64,000 bases of DNA from Candidatus Woesebacteria bacterium (GTDB lineage: Bacteria > Patescibacteriota > Microgenomatia > UBA1400 > UBA1396). The stretch is from contig JAJOJK010000015.1 in assembly GCA_021208605.1 (NCBI GenBank), forward strand, positions 343 to 64,342. The letters run 5' to 3'. Both the position numbers and the translations under genes were made by a program. Below the pieces are notes generated by a model that had not been told where the DNA came from, did no database searches, and saw only the letters and a list, made by a program, of their open reading frames with translations. This document shows positions 1-9,595 of the stretch, piece by piece; position 1 is the stretch's first letter, and the number at the start of each line of letters is the position of its first letter.

Positions 1-293
1 AGGCAGTGCTGATGTCAACGACTTACAAACAGCATCAACGAACTCGCCAACATGGCCTCTACGGAGCCAGCGGCCACACCACAACCATCTGCTCCCGCTC
101 CCGCGCCGGCTCCAAACGTGGCAACGCCAGCTCCGAGTAGCCAACCATCCGCTTCGCCTCAGTCCTCAGCTCCAACAGCTAATGCGGGCGCACCAGCTCA
201 GCCGAGCGCCACGCCCACACCTTCTGGATTGACGCCACCAACCCCACCGCAAGAATAAGCAGAAGAAACAAAAACGGTGTATAGCAAGTGCCG

Positions 294-734
294 TTAGTCT
301 TGGTCGAGGTAATGGGCTAATACTTTCAAGAATTCGCGTAAGCGATAGTCGCTATCAATGGACCAAAAAAGTTCTTTGCGCCCTTCGTGGTTCGGTCGCC
401 AGAGTTCAATGTAGCAGAGCGGTTCGCGGCGAATTTTATAGCGTCGGAATAACTCTACCGTGTCACGATGGCGGATATAGCTTTCCGTATTCCGGTTCAC
501 ATTCATGAAACGATAATCCATATCATGGCGCATTTGGATGCGAATGGCATCGTTGTAGACGAGTTCATTGTGCAACTCTGTAGTACGCGCATTTTCCCAG
601 TCGAGTTCCGGATGACGCCAGTAAAAAATATAGAGTTTGCGAACATTTCCGCTCTTCATACGGTCATTATAGCGGGTGATCAGCAACGCGCCGCAAGCAA
701 TCTGGGAGTGGGGCATAGGAACTCGCCAACGCAA
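294..734 (-). CDS. hypothetical protein (W/R/Y-rich, no confident family)
   Basis: 146-aa ORF, AT-rich; no recognisable motif. Confidence 0.3.
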   Translation of the reverse strand: MRWRVPMPHSQIACGALLITRYNDRMKSGNVRKLYIFYWRHPELDWENARTTELHNELVYNDAIRIQMRHDMDYRFMNVNRNTESYIRHRDTVELFRRYKIRREPLCYIELWRPNHEGRKELFWSIDSDYRLREFLKVLAHYLDQD

Positions 735-750
735 CTGCTATAATAACGAC

Positions 751-1437
751 ATGGAATTCGATCGCCTCGTCGTGGGTTTTTTTGTTGATGAAGTTGTTGG
801 TGGCTTTTTTATCTCGGTTCCCCCGGGACATATTGCCTGTGTCTACGATCGCGGTCGCGGCGTCCTGCCTAAAATCTGGGGACCAGGTCTGCATTTGAAG
901 ATTCCATTCTGGCAAGTCGCTAAACTCTTCAATGCCCAAATCCTGGAATATGCCTTCCGCAAAGGTTTTGACTTGACACGGAATCGAGAGGATCTTGGTG
1001 ACGATGCGGTGGTGACCCAAACTGCCGACAAGCAGAATATTGAAATCGAGGGCTCCATCTTATTCCGCATCGACAAGAATAATGCGCCTGAACTCTGGGA
1101 AAATATTGGCGAGCGCTTTGTTTCTAAGGTTGTTCGTCCAGTATCTCGTTCCCGTATTGCCGCCGTATTTTCCCAACTGACTGTAGATCAAATCTCAGAA
1201 AATCGTACTGCTGTCGAAGAACGTGTCAAACAAGAGCTCGCACAACACTTCAACAACAAAGGCATTAACTGTGAGGGATTCCTGCTTTCCGAAGTACGCA
1301 TACTGAACAACAAAGGTCAGGACAACGTCATCGTCCAGGAAGACATCACGATTCAACCGGCTGCAAACCAGCAACAACCGATATCGCAAAGTGGCGTCAA
1401 CCTCTACAACAATACTCCTTCTTCTCGAAACGAGTAA
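751..1437 (+). CDS. SPFH/band-7 (prohibitin/HflC-like) domain protein
   Basis: Start trimmed to internal ATG (MEFDRL) to avoid overlap; hydrophobic N-term then 'VPPGHIACVYDRGRGV...GPGLHLKIPF' typical SPFH core. Confidence 0.6.
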   Translation: MEFDRLVVGFFVDEVVGGFFISVPPGHIACVYDRGRGVLPKIWGPGLHLKIPFWQVAKLFNAQILEYAFRKGFDLTRNREDLGDDAVVTQTADKQNIEIEGSILFRIDKNNAPELWENIGERFVSKVVRPVSRSRIAAVFSQLTVDQISENRTAVEERVKQELAQHFNNKGINCEGFLLSEVRILNNKGQDNVIVQEDITIQPAANQQQPISQSGVNLYNNTPSSRNE

Positions 1438-2054
1438 GTTTTTCCACCACCCACAATAATGTGATCGCGCAACCAAATGCCAAGCAGTTGGGCGGCGGCT
1501 TCGATGCGAGTCGTAAACACCTTGTCTTGCACCGATGGCTGCACATTTCCGGAAGGATGGTTGTGGCAAATGACCAACGAGTCCACCGGATGCCAGCGAA
1601 TCGGGAAAAAGACCTCGCGCGGACTCACGGTCACCATGTTCATGCCCCCAATGGCGATATCCTCTTGCAACAAAACTTTGGCATCAGTCGAACAGTAAAA
1701 AATGCGCAGCCGCTCCCGCTGACTCTCGGCAAAATCCTGACAGAGAAGAGCCACATCACGCACACTTTGCAGTTGCACGTTCGAGCGCTGATTCAGTCGA
1801 GACACAAGTTCTTGAATTGCTTGCAAGCGGGCGGATTGCGCTGGACCAAGTCCAATCTCTTCACCCCGTAAACGCTGGAAAGAACCATCGCGTAGACGGT
1901 CTGTAATGCGCTGCGAAAGTACCGTAACCGGTGTTTGCGCAGTACCGTTTCCCAAAATACACATCCACAGCTCTTGCAGTGAAAGTGATTGCGGACCATA
2001 CCGGGCTAATTTTTCGCGGGGTCGAATCTGGAGAACAGAGGAGGGTGATGACAT
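1404..2054 (-). CDS. radC: RadC-like JAB/MPN (JAMM) domain protein
   Basis: 'HNHPSG' JAMM motif near C-terminus, UPF0758-like N-terminus (LSLQELW...). Confidence 0.75.
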   Translation of the reverse strand: MSSPSSVLQIRPREKLARYGPQSLSLQELWMCILGNGTAQTPVTVLSQRITDRLRDGSFQRLRGEEIGLGPAQSARLQAIQELVSRLNQRSNVQLQSVRDVALLCQDFAESQRERLRIFYCSTDAKVLLQEDIAIGGMNMVTVSPREVFFPIRWHPVDSLVICHNHPSGNVQPSVQDKVFTTRIEAAAQLLGIWLRDHIIVGGGKTYSFREEGVLL

Positions 2055-2380
2055 GCACCCAGTAGATCACAAGATGTAATCAAAAAATCACGGGTCGAGC
2101 CAAATCGCTCTACGCCGACGATCTCTCTTTCGAGTGGCGACACCAGGACGATACGCTTGTGATCGTATTTTTGCAGCAGTAAATCAATGATCAAATTCTG
2201 CTCATGCTGTTGGCGACCTTCGTCAACAATCACGACGCTGTCAATCTCAAAAGTAGCGATCAAAACAAGGACTTCAGCCATGTCTTTGGCCTTGTACACA
2301 TCACAGTCTCGTTTACTGAGAGTTTGATGGTATAATTTTCGTGTAGCCGATGACGGAGCGTAGACGATAACGTTTTGCAT
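2006..2380 (-). CDS. CheY-like receiver-fold protein (degenerate, no clear phospho-Asp)
   Basis: Start set at internal ATG (MQNVIVYAPS); alternating beta/alpha pattern 'VIVYA...IDSVVIVDEG...RIVLVSPL'. Confidence 0.3.
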   Translation of the reverse strand: MQNVIVYAPSSATRKLYHQTLSKRDCDVYKAKDMAEVLVLIATFEIDSVVIVDEGRQQHEQNLIIDLLLQKYDHKRIVLVSPLEREIVGVERFGSTRDFLITSCDLLGACHHPPLFSRFDPAKN

Positions 2381-2447
2381 GCTAAGTCTATAGTATAAAG
2401 ATTCGATCTCTTTTGACAAGAAGCAATCGGCAGGAGACAATGTACCT

Positions 2448-2792
2448 ATGAGCGACCAACAGCACCCGTACACGATACAAGCATTTAAATCTCGTCTGAA
2501 TCAAGTAGGCGAGCGCATTAAGATTGCCCGTCAAGCCCGTGGTATGACGCAGGGCGATTTAGGCAAAGTGATTGGCATTTCGTCTAAGACAATCTCGGCT
2601 ATTGAAGTCGGTCGCGTTGAACCATCTATTACGCAGATGCAGGCCTTGTCTGCCGTCCTCGAGGAACCGATTGGCTACTTCGTGGGCGAAACCGCCAGCT
2701 CCGTGGAATCTAAAATCGAGCGCGTCACCGACGAACTCGAAGAAATCCGCAAATTAATCGAGCTGACAAAAGCCAAACAAGCGGTACAATAG
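2448..2792 (+). CDS. XRE-family HTH transcriptional regulator
   Basis: 'ARQARGMTQGDLGKVIGISSKTISAIEVGRVEPSITQMQALSAVL' Cro/C1-type HTH. Confidence 0.7.
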   Translation: MSDQQHPYTIQAFKSRLNQVGERIKIARQARGMTQGDLGKVIGISSKTISAIEVGRVEPSITQMQALSAVLEEPIGYFVGETASSVESKIERVTDELEEIRKLIELTKAKQAVQ

Positions 2793-2843
2793 TACCTTGT
2801 GAGAATTCCTGACCAACCGTCAGAAAATTCACACAAATCCAGA

Positions 2844-2926
2844 GGAGGTGTCGCATAGTGGTCAATTGCACACGCCTGGAAAGCGTGAGCCTCACGGCTC
2901 CGTGGGTTCGAATCCCACCACCTCCG
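2844..2926 (+). tRNA. tRNA-Ser (anticodon GGA)
   Basis: Cloverleaf: acceptor GGAGGTG/CACCTCC, D-arm, anticodon stem CACGC/GCGTG with loop CTGGAAA, long variable arm, T-arm GTGGG-TTCGAAT-CCCAC, discriminator G. Confidence 0.85.
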
Positions 2927-2931
2927 CTCGT

Positions 2932-2963
2932 GAAAAAAGAATCCATGAATGGCTTCTTTTTTC
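2932..2963 (+). terminator. Hairpin terminator after tRNA-Ser (GAAAAAAGAAtCCAT-GA-ATGGcTTCTTTTTTC)
   Basis: Near-perfect 15-bp inverted repeat with A-run/T-run arms immediately 3' of tRNA. Confidence 0.5.
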
Positions 2964-3051
2964 ATGCGTGGACGATGTAAAGGAGCGAGTCCGGCGGACA
3001 AAGTGAGACTGGGTTCGCGCCGGGAATGAGCATACAGATTGACTTTAGAAC

Positions 3052-3495
3052 TTAAAGTTGTTGAATTGCCTCTTCAGCAAGCACTAGTAACCTATCTTTA
3101 TCGATGCCAATATAAGATACTATACTTCTAAAGTTATGGAGACCAGTATCTCCACCTTCTAAAGCAATTATTAGTTCTTGTAATAAATCACTGGTTTTAT
3201 CCATTCCTTGTCGTTGTAATTCAGGAAGCTCTAAATCTGAACCAATAGTAAACGGACTGCCTTCTGCACCGGTTGTTCCTCTGTTATATACTTTTCCTTT
3301 CCAAACTAAGTAAGTATGTTCTCCTGGTGTGGGCAAATCTACAACCCAAAGCCGTGGTACTTCTAAATTCGGTTGTCTCGATCTTTTATCTAAAGTAACT
3401 AAGAGAGCTATCATTCCATTTTGAAAACAATTAAAAATAGGCGTTGCTTCTGGCCAAGGTTGCATAGGATCAGGGCGATATATATTTTCTTTCAT
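3052..3495 (-). CDS. hypothetical protein (AT-rich islet next to tRNA-Ser)
   Basis: 147-aa ORF, AT-rich relative to flanks. Confidence 0.4.
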   Translation of the reverse strand: MKENIYRPDPMQPWPEATPIFNCFQNGMIALLVTLDKRSRQPNLEVPRLWVVDLPTPGEHTYLVWKGKVYNRGTTGAEGSPFTIGSDLELPELQRQGMDKTSDLLQELIIALEGGDTGLHNFRSIVSYIGIDKDRLLVLAEEAIQQL

Positions 3496-3589
3496 TGTAG
3501 TAATTATAGTATGTCATTGATAAAGTGAAAAAAAGTTCTAACATCATTCCATAATCCTCGCCAAAAGATATAAAATATCAATAATCCCT

Positions 3590-3949
3590 ATGCAAACACA
3601 ACCACCCCAAATAACCCATTTTCTATCTGACATTGAAAACACAAACCCAGATACCCACAAAATCATCACCGCGGTGTGTGACCTTTTTGAGAAATATCAG
3701 CCCGGCATTCAGCAAGATGTAAAATATGGCGGCATTGTCTTTTTGGTCGACGACACACTCACCGCCGGCGTGTTCCCATACACGTCACACGTCTCGATTG
3801 AGTTCAGTAATGGGGCAAAAATGGACGATCCGTACCAAGTGCTCGAGGGCAAAGGAAATCTATGCCGAGACATCAAGCTCACCCCTTTGAACGACCTCAA
3901 AGAAAAGCACGTTGCAGATTACATACAACGCTGTCTGCAACAACAATAA
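3590..3949 (+). CDS. small conserved protein, possibly DUF1801-like
   Basis: 119 aa; weak resemblance to YdhG/DUF1801 fold (IEFSNGAKMDDP...KG). Confidence 0.35.
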   Translation: MQTQPPQITHFLSDIENTNPDTHKIITAVCDLFEKYQPGIQQDVKYGGIVFLVDDTLTAGVFPYTSHVSIEFSNGAKMDDPYQVLEGKGNLCRDIKLTPLNDLKEKHVADYIQRCLQQQ

Positions 3950-3964
3950 ACAGTTAGGAGCCGC

Positions 3965-4366
3965 ATGCTACACATCCAATCAGTCTTCAGCGGTTTTACC
4001 GTCGATGACTTAGATGTCGCCGAGAAGTTCTATACCGAAAAATTGGGAATCACCGTCGAACGCCTCAAGATGGGAAATGGTGAAGACATGGGTTTGGAAC
4101 TGCAAATGCCAGAAGGGATGCGAGTCTTTGTCTATGCCAAAAATGATCACCAGCCCGCCAGCTACACCGTCCTTAATTTCCAAGTGAGTGACATTGATAC
4201 CGCAGTCGCTCAACTCAATGAGGCCGGCATCACGCTCAAGACATATGAAGGCATGCACCAAGACGAAAAAGGCATTGCCCGCGGCCTCGACTACGACATG
4301 GGCCCCAGTATTGCCTGGTTCAAAGATCCGGCAGGAAATACGCTGGCAGTGCTGCAAGAAAAATAG
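3965..4366 (+). CDS. VOC-family (glyoxalase/bleomycin-resistance-like) protein
   Basis: 'FSGFTVDDLDVAEKFYTEKLGITV...' glyoxalase-fold N-term, ~130 aa. Confidence 0.65.
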   Translation: MLHIQSVFSGFTVDDLDVAEKFYTEKLGITVERLKMGNGEDMGLELQMPEGMRVFVYAKNDHQPASYTVLNFQVSDIDTAVAQLNEAGITLKTYEGMHQDEKGIARGLDYDMGPSIAWFKDPAGNTLAVLQEK

Positions 4367-4413
4367 TCAGACACAAATTGTAGAAAAGAGTACGAACTCC
4401 TATACTCATCTCT

Positions 4414-4749
4414 ATGTCCTCACCAATTTCCACCTACATCGCAAAACAAGATCAGCCGCAGCAAGAAGTTTTGCAAAAGATACGGGAGCTTATCCAGGGC
4501 TTACTCCCCGAAGCCGAAGAGCGCATGAGCTACGGCGTGCCGTCTTTTCGCTTGGATGGCAAATCAATTTTGTATGCCGCTTTTAAAAACCATATTGGGC
4601 TTTATCCGGAGCCAGAGGTTATTGAACTCTTTCAAGAAGAACTTGCCAACTACGAGACTGCCAAGGGCACCATTAAGTTCCCACTCGACAAGCCCATTCC
4701 GTATGACTTGATTACGCGAATTGTGAAGCAGAAGTATGACAAAAACTGA
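4414..4749 (+). CDS. DUF1801 (YdhG/YdeI-like) protein
   Basis: 'RMSYGVPSFRLDGKSILYAAFKNHIGLYP...' characteristic of DUF1801. Confidence 0.6.
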   Translation: MSSPISTYIAKQDQPQQEVLQKIRELIQGLLPEAEERMSYGVPSFRLDGKSILYAAFKNHIGLYPEPEVIELFQEELANYETAKGTIKFPLDKPIPYDLITRIVKQKYDKN

Positions 4750-4752
4750 AAT

Positions 4753-4847
4753 ATGATCATCTTCCTCAATGGCACCATCAACTCTGGAAAATCTACTCTG
4801 GCCGAACTCTTGGCTCAACAGCTGCCTCAGACTGTTAGATACTTCTG
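4753..4847 (+). pseudogene. truncated P-loop kinase fragment (Walker A only, 31 codons)
   Basis: 'MIIFLNGTINSGKSTLAELLAQQL' then stop; remnant of a shikimate/gluconate-kinase-like gene. Confidence 0.4.
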
Positions 4848-4916
4848 ATTTGTCGGTAGAGGAGAGTGTAAGCCAGATAATAGAGTTGCTACACTCTGAA
4901 AAATAAAAAGAACACA

Positions 4917-5357
4917 TTATTTCACAAGTAATTGAGCCTGGCGAAGTATTTTTTCCATTGCTTCTTTGAAATCATTTTGCTCATATTTGTCTAGAAATTC
5001 CGCCGCCGTCATGAGCTCACCTTTTGGTGGAGTATGCTTCGTTGAACAAGTAGCAAAAAGCATTGTTTTTTTAGAATAAGGTGAAATGTTGTTATTCGCG
5101 ACAATCTCAGCAAAAAAAAGAGGCGACGTATAAGGGAGGGCACCCGCTTCTTCGGATATCTCTCGCTTCAAAGCTGTTGTCGGAGTTTCATTTTTTTCCA
5201 AATGTCCACCGGGGATATCGTACCCGCGTTTATTCTTGATAGTAACCAGGCGCGAACCATGAAAAATAATGGCATGCACAGAACTCACGTCCATTTTGTG
5301 AGGAATGTCACGGTCACTGAATTCTTGAAAAAAAAGTGAAAACGAACTCTCTGGCAC
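4917..5357 (-). CDS. NUDIX hydrolase
   Basis: Nudix box 'GGHLEKNETPTTALKREISEEAG'. Confidence 0.75.
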   Translation of the reverse strand: MPESSFSLFFQEFSDRDIPHKMDVSSVHAIIFHGSRLVTIKNKRGYDIPGGHLEKNETPTTALKREISEEAGALPYTSPLFFAEIVANNNISPYSKKTMLFATCSTKHTPPKGELMTAAEFLDKYEQNDFKEAMEKILRQAQLLVK

Positions 5358-5407
5358 AAGTAGATTATAACAAGCGCTCGCCCCGCAGTTCCTCTATAAT
5401 GCCCTAG

Positions 5408-6829
5408 ATGCCCCTCAAACCTGTCCTGTCCGTCCATGAGTATCTTGATCTGATGAACACCATTTTGGCCGATATTGCGGTCACGGTGGAGGGCGAGATT
5501 ACGTCTTTGAACCGTGGTCCCAGTGGCCACATCTACTTTGATTTGGGGGAAGTGAAAGACAATAAAAAAGCTATCTTTTCGTGCGCTCTGTGGAATTATA
5601 AAGCCCAATCCCTCAGTTTTGACCTCAAAGTAGGCGAGAAAGTGCAGATTACGGGCAAGGCGAACCTGTATAAACCCAACGGACGCTACAGTTTTCTTGT
5701 CGACAAAATTGCGCCGACTGGCGAAGGTGCTCTCAAAAAAGCCTTTGAAAAACTCAAAAAAGAACTGGAAGCCAAAGGCTACTTTGCTCCAGAGCGGAAA
5801 CGACCATTGCCAGAATTTCCAGTAAAAATTGCCGTTATCACCTCCAAAACGGGCGACGCCATTAAGGATTTCATGGCGCATCTCGGCCACTTTGGACTGG
5901 AAATTCACTTTGTGGACTCGCGAGTGGAGGGAATCAATGCCATCAATGAAATCGTCAACGGAATTGATTTCATTAACCGTCGTCATCCTGATGTGCAGCT
6001 CATCGTCGTCACCCGCGGTGGCGGCAGCCTAGAAAGCCTACAAGCCTACAACTCGCGCGAAGTAGCGGAGGCTATTTTTAGCTCGCGTATTCCTGTCTTG
6101 TCGGCCGTCGGTCACGAAAATGACATTACCATTTCCGATCTCGTGGCTGACGAACGCGCCTCAACCCCGACCGACGCCGGCAATGTGGTCAGCCAAAGTT
6201 GGCGAGAAGGGCAACGGAAAATCGAGCTGGCTTCGCAAGTATTGGTGAGTACCACCGAGCAACTCATTCAAAAGCTGCAGACCCATCTAGATACGAGCTG
6301 GGAACAAAACGCTCGTCTGCTGGAAGTGAACATTGAGGACCAGCGGGATACTCTGGCCAATCGCACCGAGACACTTACCGAACGATTTGCACTGCGACTC
6401 GAAACCCTCAACGCTTTTCTCAAAAACACCCTCCAACAACTCACCAAAGATGTTCGTTGGCATATTCAGAACTATAAAAATACCGAGCGCCGCTTCCACC
6501 TCAACACCCACACGTTCGCACTGCAACTTGCTGATCGAACCGAGAACCTGGCGGCGTATTCTGTTTTCTATGACCACGCTTTCCAACGCGTACTCACTTC
6601 GTATCGCAAACAACTCGTCGCCAGCAACAAACATCTGAATCTCTCCGATCCCACGCTGAAACTGCGGCAAGGGTATAGTATTCTCAGAAATGCCGATCAG
6701 AAAATTGTGCGAAGCGTGAGCGAACTCCAAACTGGAGAAACCATGCAGGTGCAACTGAGCGACGGCACCGTTACCTCCCAAGTAGAAAAAACAGAAAGGA
6801 CCTCACATGGCCTCGAATCCCACATTTAA
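5408..6829 (+). CDS. xseA: exodeoxyribonuclease VII large subunit
   Basis: 473 aa, OB-fold N-term, 'VITSKTGDAIKDF...VTRGGGSLESL' XseA core; overlaps downstream xseB. Confidence 0.85.
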   Translation: MPLKPVLSVHEYLDLMNTILADIAVTVEGEITSLNRGPSGHIYFDLGEVKDNKKAIFSCALWNYKAQSLSFDLKVGEKVQITGKANLYKPNGRYSFLVDKIAPTGEGALKKAFEKLKKELEAKGYFAPERKRPLPEFPVKIAVITSKTGDAIKDFMAHLGHFGLEIHFVDSRVEGINAINEIVNGIDFINRRHPDVQLIVVTRGGGSLESLQAYNSREVAEAIFSSRIPVLSAVGHENDITISDLVADERASTPTDAGNVVSQSWREGQRKIELASQVLVSTTEQLIQKLQTHLDTSWEQNARLLEVNIEDQRDTLANRTETLTERFALRLETLNAFLKNTLQQLTKDVRWHIQNYKNTERRFHLNTHTFALQLADRTENLAAYSVFYDHAFQRVLTSYRKQLVASNKHLNLSDPTLKLRQGYSILRNADQKIVRSVSELQTGETMQVQLSDGTVTSQVEKTERTSHGLESHI

Positions 6830-7091
6830 CTTCAGCGACTCCATGAAAGAAATCGACCAGATCAACGAATGGTTCCAACAAGACGACCTGGATCTTGAGG
6901 AAGCCCTGACCAAACTCAAGCGCGGCAAGGAACTGATCAAACTGTGCAAGACCCGCCTCAAGGATGTTGAAAACGAGTTCAAAGAGCTCAAGGAAGATTT
7001 TTTTGAGGAACCAAGGGGCGATATCAGTAATCCTAACCTAGATGCGAATGAAGTAGATGAGCTTTCATTCAGCGAGTCAACAAAATTTTAG
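6807..7091 (+). CDS. xseB: exodeoxyribonuclease VII small subunit
   Basis: 94 aa, 'EEALTKLKRGKELIKLCKTRLKDVENEFKEL' XseB helix-hairpin; 23-nt overlap with xseA end. Confidence 0.75.
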   Translation: MASNPTFNFSDSMKEIDQINEWFQQDDLDLEEALTKLKRGKELIKLCKTRLKDVENEFKELKEDFFEEPRGDISNPNLDANEVDELSFSESTKF

Positions 7092-7749
7092 CGGCATGCT
7101 TATCGAAGCGATTTTCTAGCAATTGCCTGTTACGATCAGTCGGCTCTCGCTTGAAAGCTTTGGACGTATAGTCAATTATCATCACTGATGCAAAGTCTTG
7201 ATTTTCCGCTCGTAATAAAATGTTGCCCGGATTTGGATCCTCTACCCAAATTGTTTTCTCTTCCAGAAGTGCAATTGCATGTCTAAATGCGACTGAATAG
7301 ACACTATACAACCAATTTAAAACACTATTATCACCCTTAGACTCGCGTGCTAAAAACTCAACACTCGGTCCAAAATGTGGTGTTCGTAACGCCATAACTC
7401 GTGGATAGTTATCAACGTCAATTTCTCCGGATTTTAATAATGGAATAAGATGAGATCCATGACTTAATTCCAATGAAGCTGTAATTCCTGCTTTCTCTTG
7501 TTCAGAAATTCTTCGATTAGTTCCTGGGGTACCGGCTACTTTATACCACCATTTATTGGCAGGATCGTAGAGTATAAGAAAAGTACCTTTTTGCAAACTT
7601 CCCTTCATTCGAAACACTCGAGAAGAACTTCCCTCAAAACCTATGCTAACAGACTGATCAGCAGACCAACCATTCATAGTAACCGTTTCTCCGGAAGATC
7701 TAGCTATATCCCTTATATCTGGGGGAAGCATTACTGTCTCAAGTCCCAT
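7069..7749 (-). CDS. protein-kinase-like fold phosphotransferase (Kdo/RIO/APH-like)
   Basis: 'IWVEDPNPGNILL' catalytic-loop-like and 'IIDYT' DFG-like motifs; AT-rich. Confidence 0.35.
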   Translation of the reverse strand: MGLETVMLPPDIRDIARSSGETVTMNGWSADQSVSIGFEGSSSRVFRMKGSLQKGTFLILYDPANKWWYKVAGTPGTNRRISEQEKAGITASLELSHGSHLIPLLKSGEIDVDNYPRVMALRTPHFGPSVEFLARESKGDNSVLNWLYSVYSVAFRHAIALLEEKTIWVEDPNPGNILLRAENQDFASVMIIDYTSKAFKREPTDRNRQLLENRFDKHAAKILLTR

Positions 7750-7758
7750 AGAATAATA

Positions 7759-9539
7759 TTATATCACATTCCGGAACGCCGCCAAAAAACGCTCGCCATA
7801 CCGTTCCCACTTCACTTCACCAACTCCTGAAATAGCCAGCATTTCCTGCTTGTTGCTCGGCTTTTCGTTAGCCATTTCTAAAAGCGTCGCATCGCTAAAC
7901 ACCATGTAGGCAGCCAGTGAATTTTCTTGCGCAATCTCCAAACGGACCTGGCGAAGTTTTTCAAATAACGGATTCTTGTAGTACTCTTTTTTCTTTTTGG
8001 ATCCGCTGCGGCCAGCCGAGCGAGCTACTTTCTTGGCCTGCTCTTGGCGCTCCATGAAATCATTAAGCGTAACCAGGCGCACTTCGCGTTTACCAGCGAG
8101 CACTTCTTGGCCGGCTTCTGTAATGTGCAGCGCGGCATCCTGGCTAAAATCGACTCGAATCAAGCCCAGATTTTTCATCTGCGCTAAGTAAAAATGCCAA
8201 GAAGCAAAATTCACCGCATCGCTCACGTTGCGCAGAACACGGACCACATCATCTTGGTTGACAGCGCCTTCGGCGTCCATGGTTTGCAGCACTTCCAGGG
8301 CTTTCTTCGTAATTGCGGTGCCGTTGCGGGTGGGGTAGGGATCTTCACAGACATCACAGTTGCCACAGCTTTTGGCGTAGGTCTCGTCAAAACTATTCAG
8401 TAAAATTTTGCGCCGACAAATAACACCCTCGGCATACTCTTTCATGCGATCGAGTTTGCCGAGCTGTACATCTTGTTGTGAAGAATCGACAAAAAAGCGT
8501 TTCATCATTTCGTAGTCGGCATAGGTGTAAAAGAGCAGTGCTTCGGCTGGAGCAGAGTCACGACCGGCGCGGCCGATTTCTTGGTAGTAGCCTTCAATGT
8601 TTTTGGGCAAGTTGTAGTGAATCACCCAGCGCACATTGGATTTATCGATGCCCATACCAAAGGCAATCGTGGCGCAGATAATTTGCGTTTTATCGAGCAC
8701 AAAACTTTTCTGAATGCGCTCGCGTTCTGCGGCACTCATGCCGGCATGATAGCTCGCAGCACTGTGGCCCATTTTTTGAATTTTCTCAGCGACTTTTTCG
8801 GTCTCTTTGCGCGTTAAGCAGTACACAATACCAGACTGATTGGGCTTATCCGCTAAAATTCGCGAATGGCATCTATCCGCTTTTGCGCCGGCAGCACGGT
8901 CAACGAAATATTCGGTCGATCAAACGAGTCGATAAGTATTTGTGGTTCGTCGAGCTCAAGTTGCGTCAGGATATCTTCTCGAGTGGTGCGATCAGCGGTG
9001 GCGGTCAGAGCAATAATTGGTACACCAGGAAACTGCTGCTTCAAATGCGACAACTGCGTGTACTCAGGGCGGAAATCATGCCCCCAGCTGGAAATACAGT
9101 GGGCTTCATCGATCGCAAAAAGATTCACCTTGATCTTTTTGAGCAGTTCCATGAACTCAGCCGTAACTAGACGCTCGGCGGAAACATAGAGCAAATCAAG
9201 TGACCCTGCTAACAATGCCTCAATGACTTGCGATTGCTCTGCACTGTCCAAACTACTGTTGAGAAACTCAGCGGCAATGCCGTTGGCTTTTAAGCCATCA
9301 ACTTGATCCTTCATCAAGGCAATAAGCGGGGAGACCACAATCGTAGTTCCCGGAATAATGACCGCCGGAATCTGGAAACACATTGACTTTCCACCGCCGG
9401 TGGGCATGAGCACAAATGTGTCCTGACCAGCTAAAACGGAAGAAATTGCCTTCTTCTGCAAAGCGTGAAACGACTCATACCCAAAATATTCTTTGAGCGC
9501 TTTCTTAGCGGTGGTGAGAGTAGGCTTTTTTGGTGACAT
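7759..9539 (-). pseudogene. recQ: ATP-dependent DNA helicase RecQ, split by a 1-nt frameshift near 8853-8860
   Basis: N-terminal part (8853..9539) has DEAD/DEAH motifs (MPTGGGKS, DEAH, ALTATA). C-terminal part (7759..8826) has helicase-C, RQC zinc site and HRDC. The two frames overlap at GAATTTTAGCGG, where one extra T would give the contiguous ...IREFLADKPNQSGIVYC. Confidence 0.8.
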
Positions 9540-9595
9540 GGGAGCACTCTACTGTACAAAAAAAACAGGATAATAACAAATGCTACAATTCGAGT

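Noticed and set aside
52-258. 68-aa Pro/Ala-rich ORF at the window start
   Set aside because: Pure low-complexity PA/PS repeats with an in-frame stop just upstream; cannot distinguish a real linker-like small protein from noise, so not called.
2675-3001. Two minus-strand ORFs (108 and 73 aa) across the tRNA-Ser
   Set aside because: They overlap a confidently folded tRNA and its terminator; translation is an artefact of the structured RNA sequence.
5285-5986. 233-aa ORF on the minus strand
   Set aside because: Lies antisense within the well-supported xseA gene and NUDIX upstream region; F/K-rich low-complexity translation; treated as spurious.
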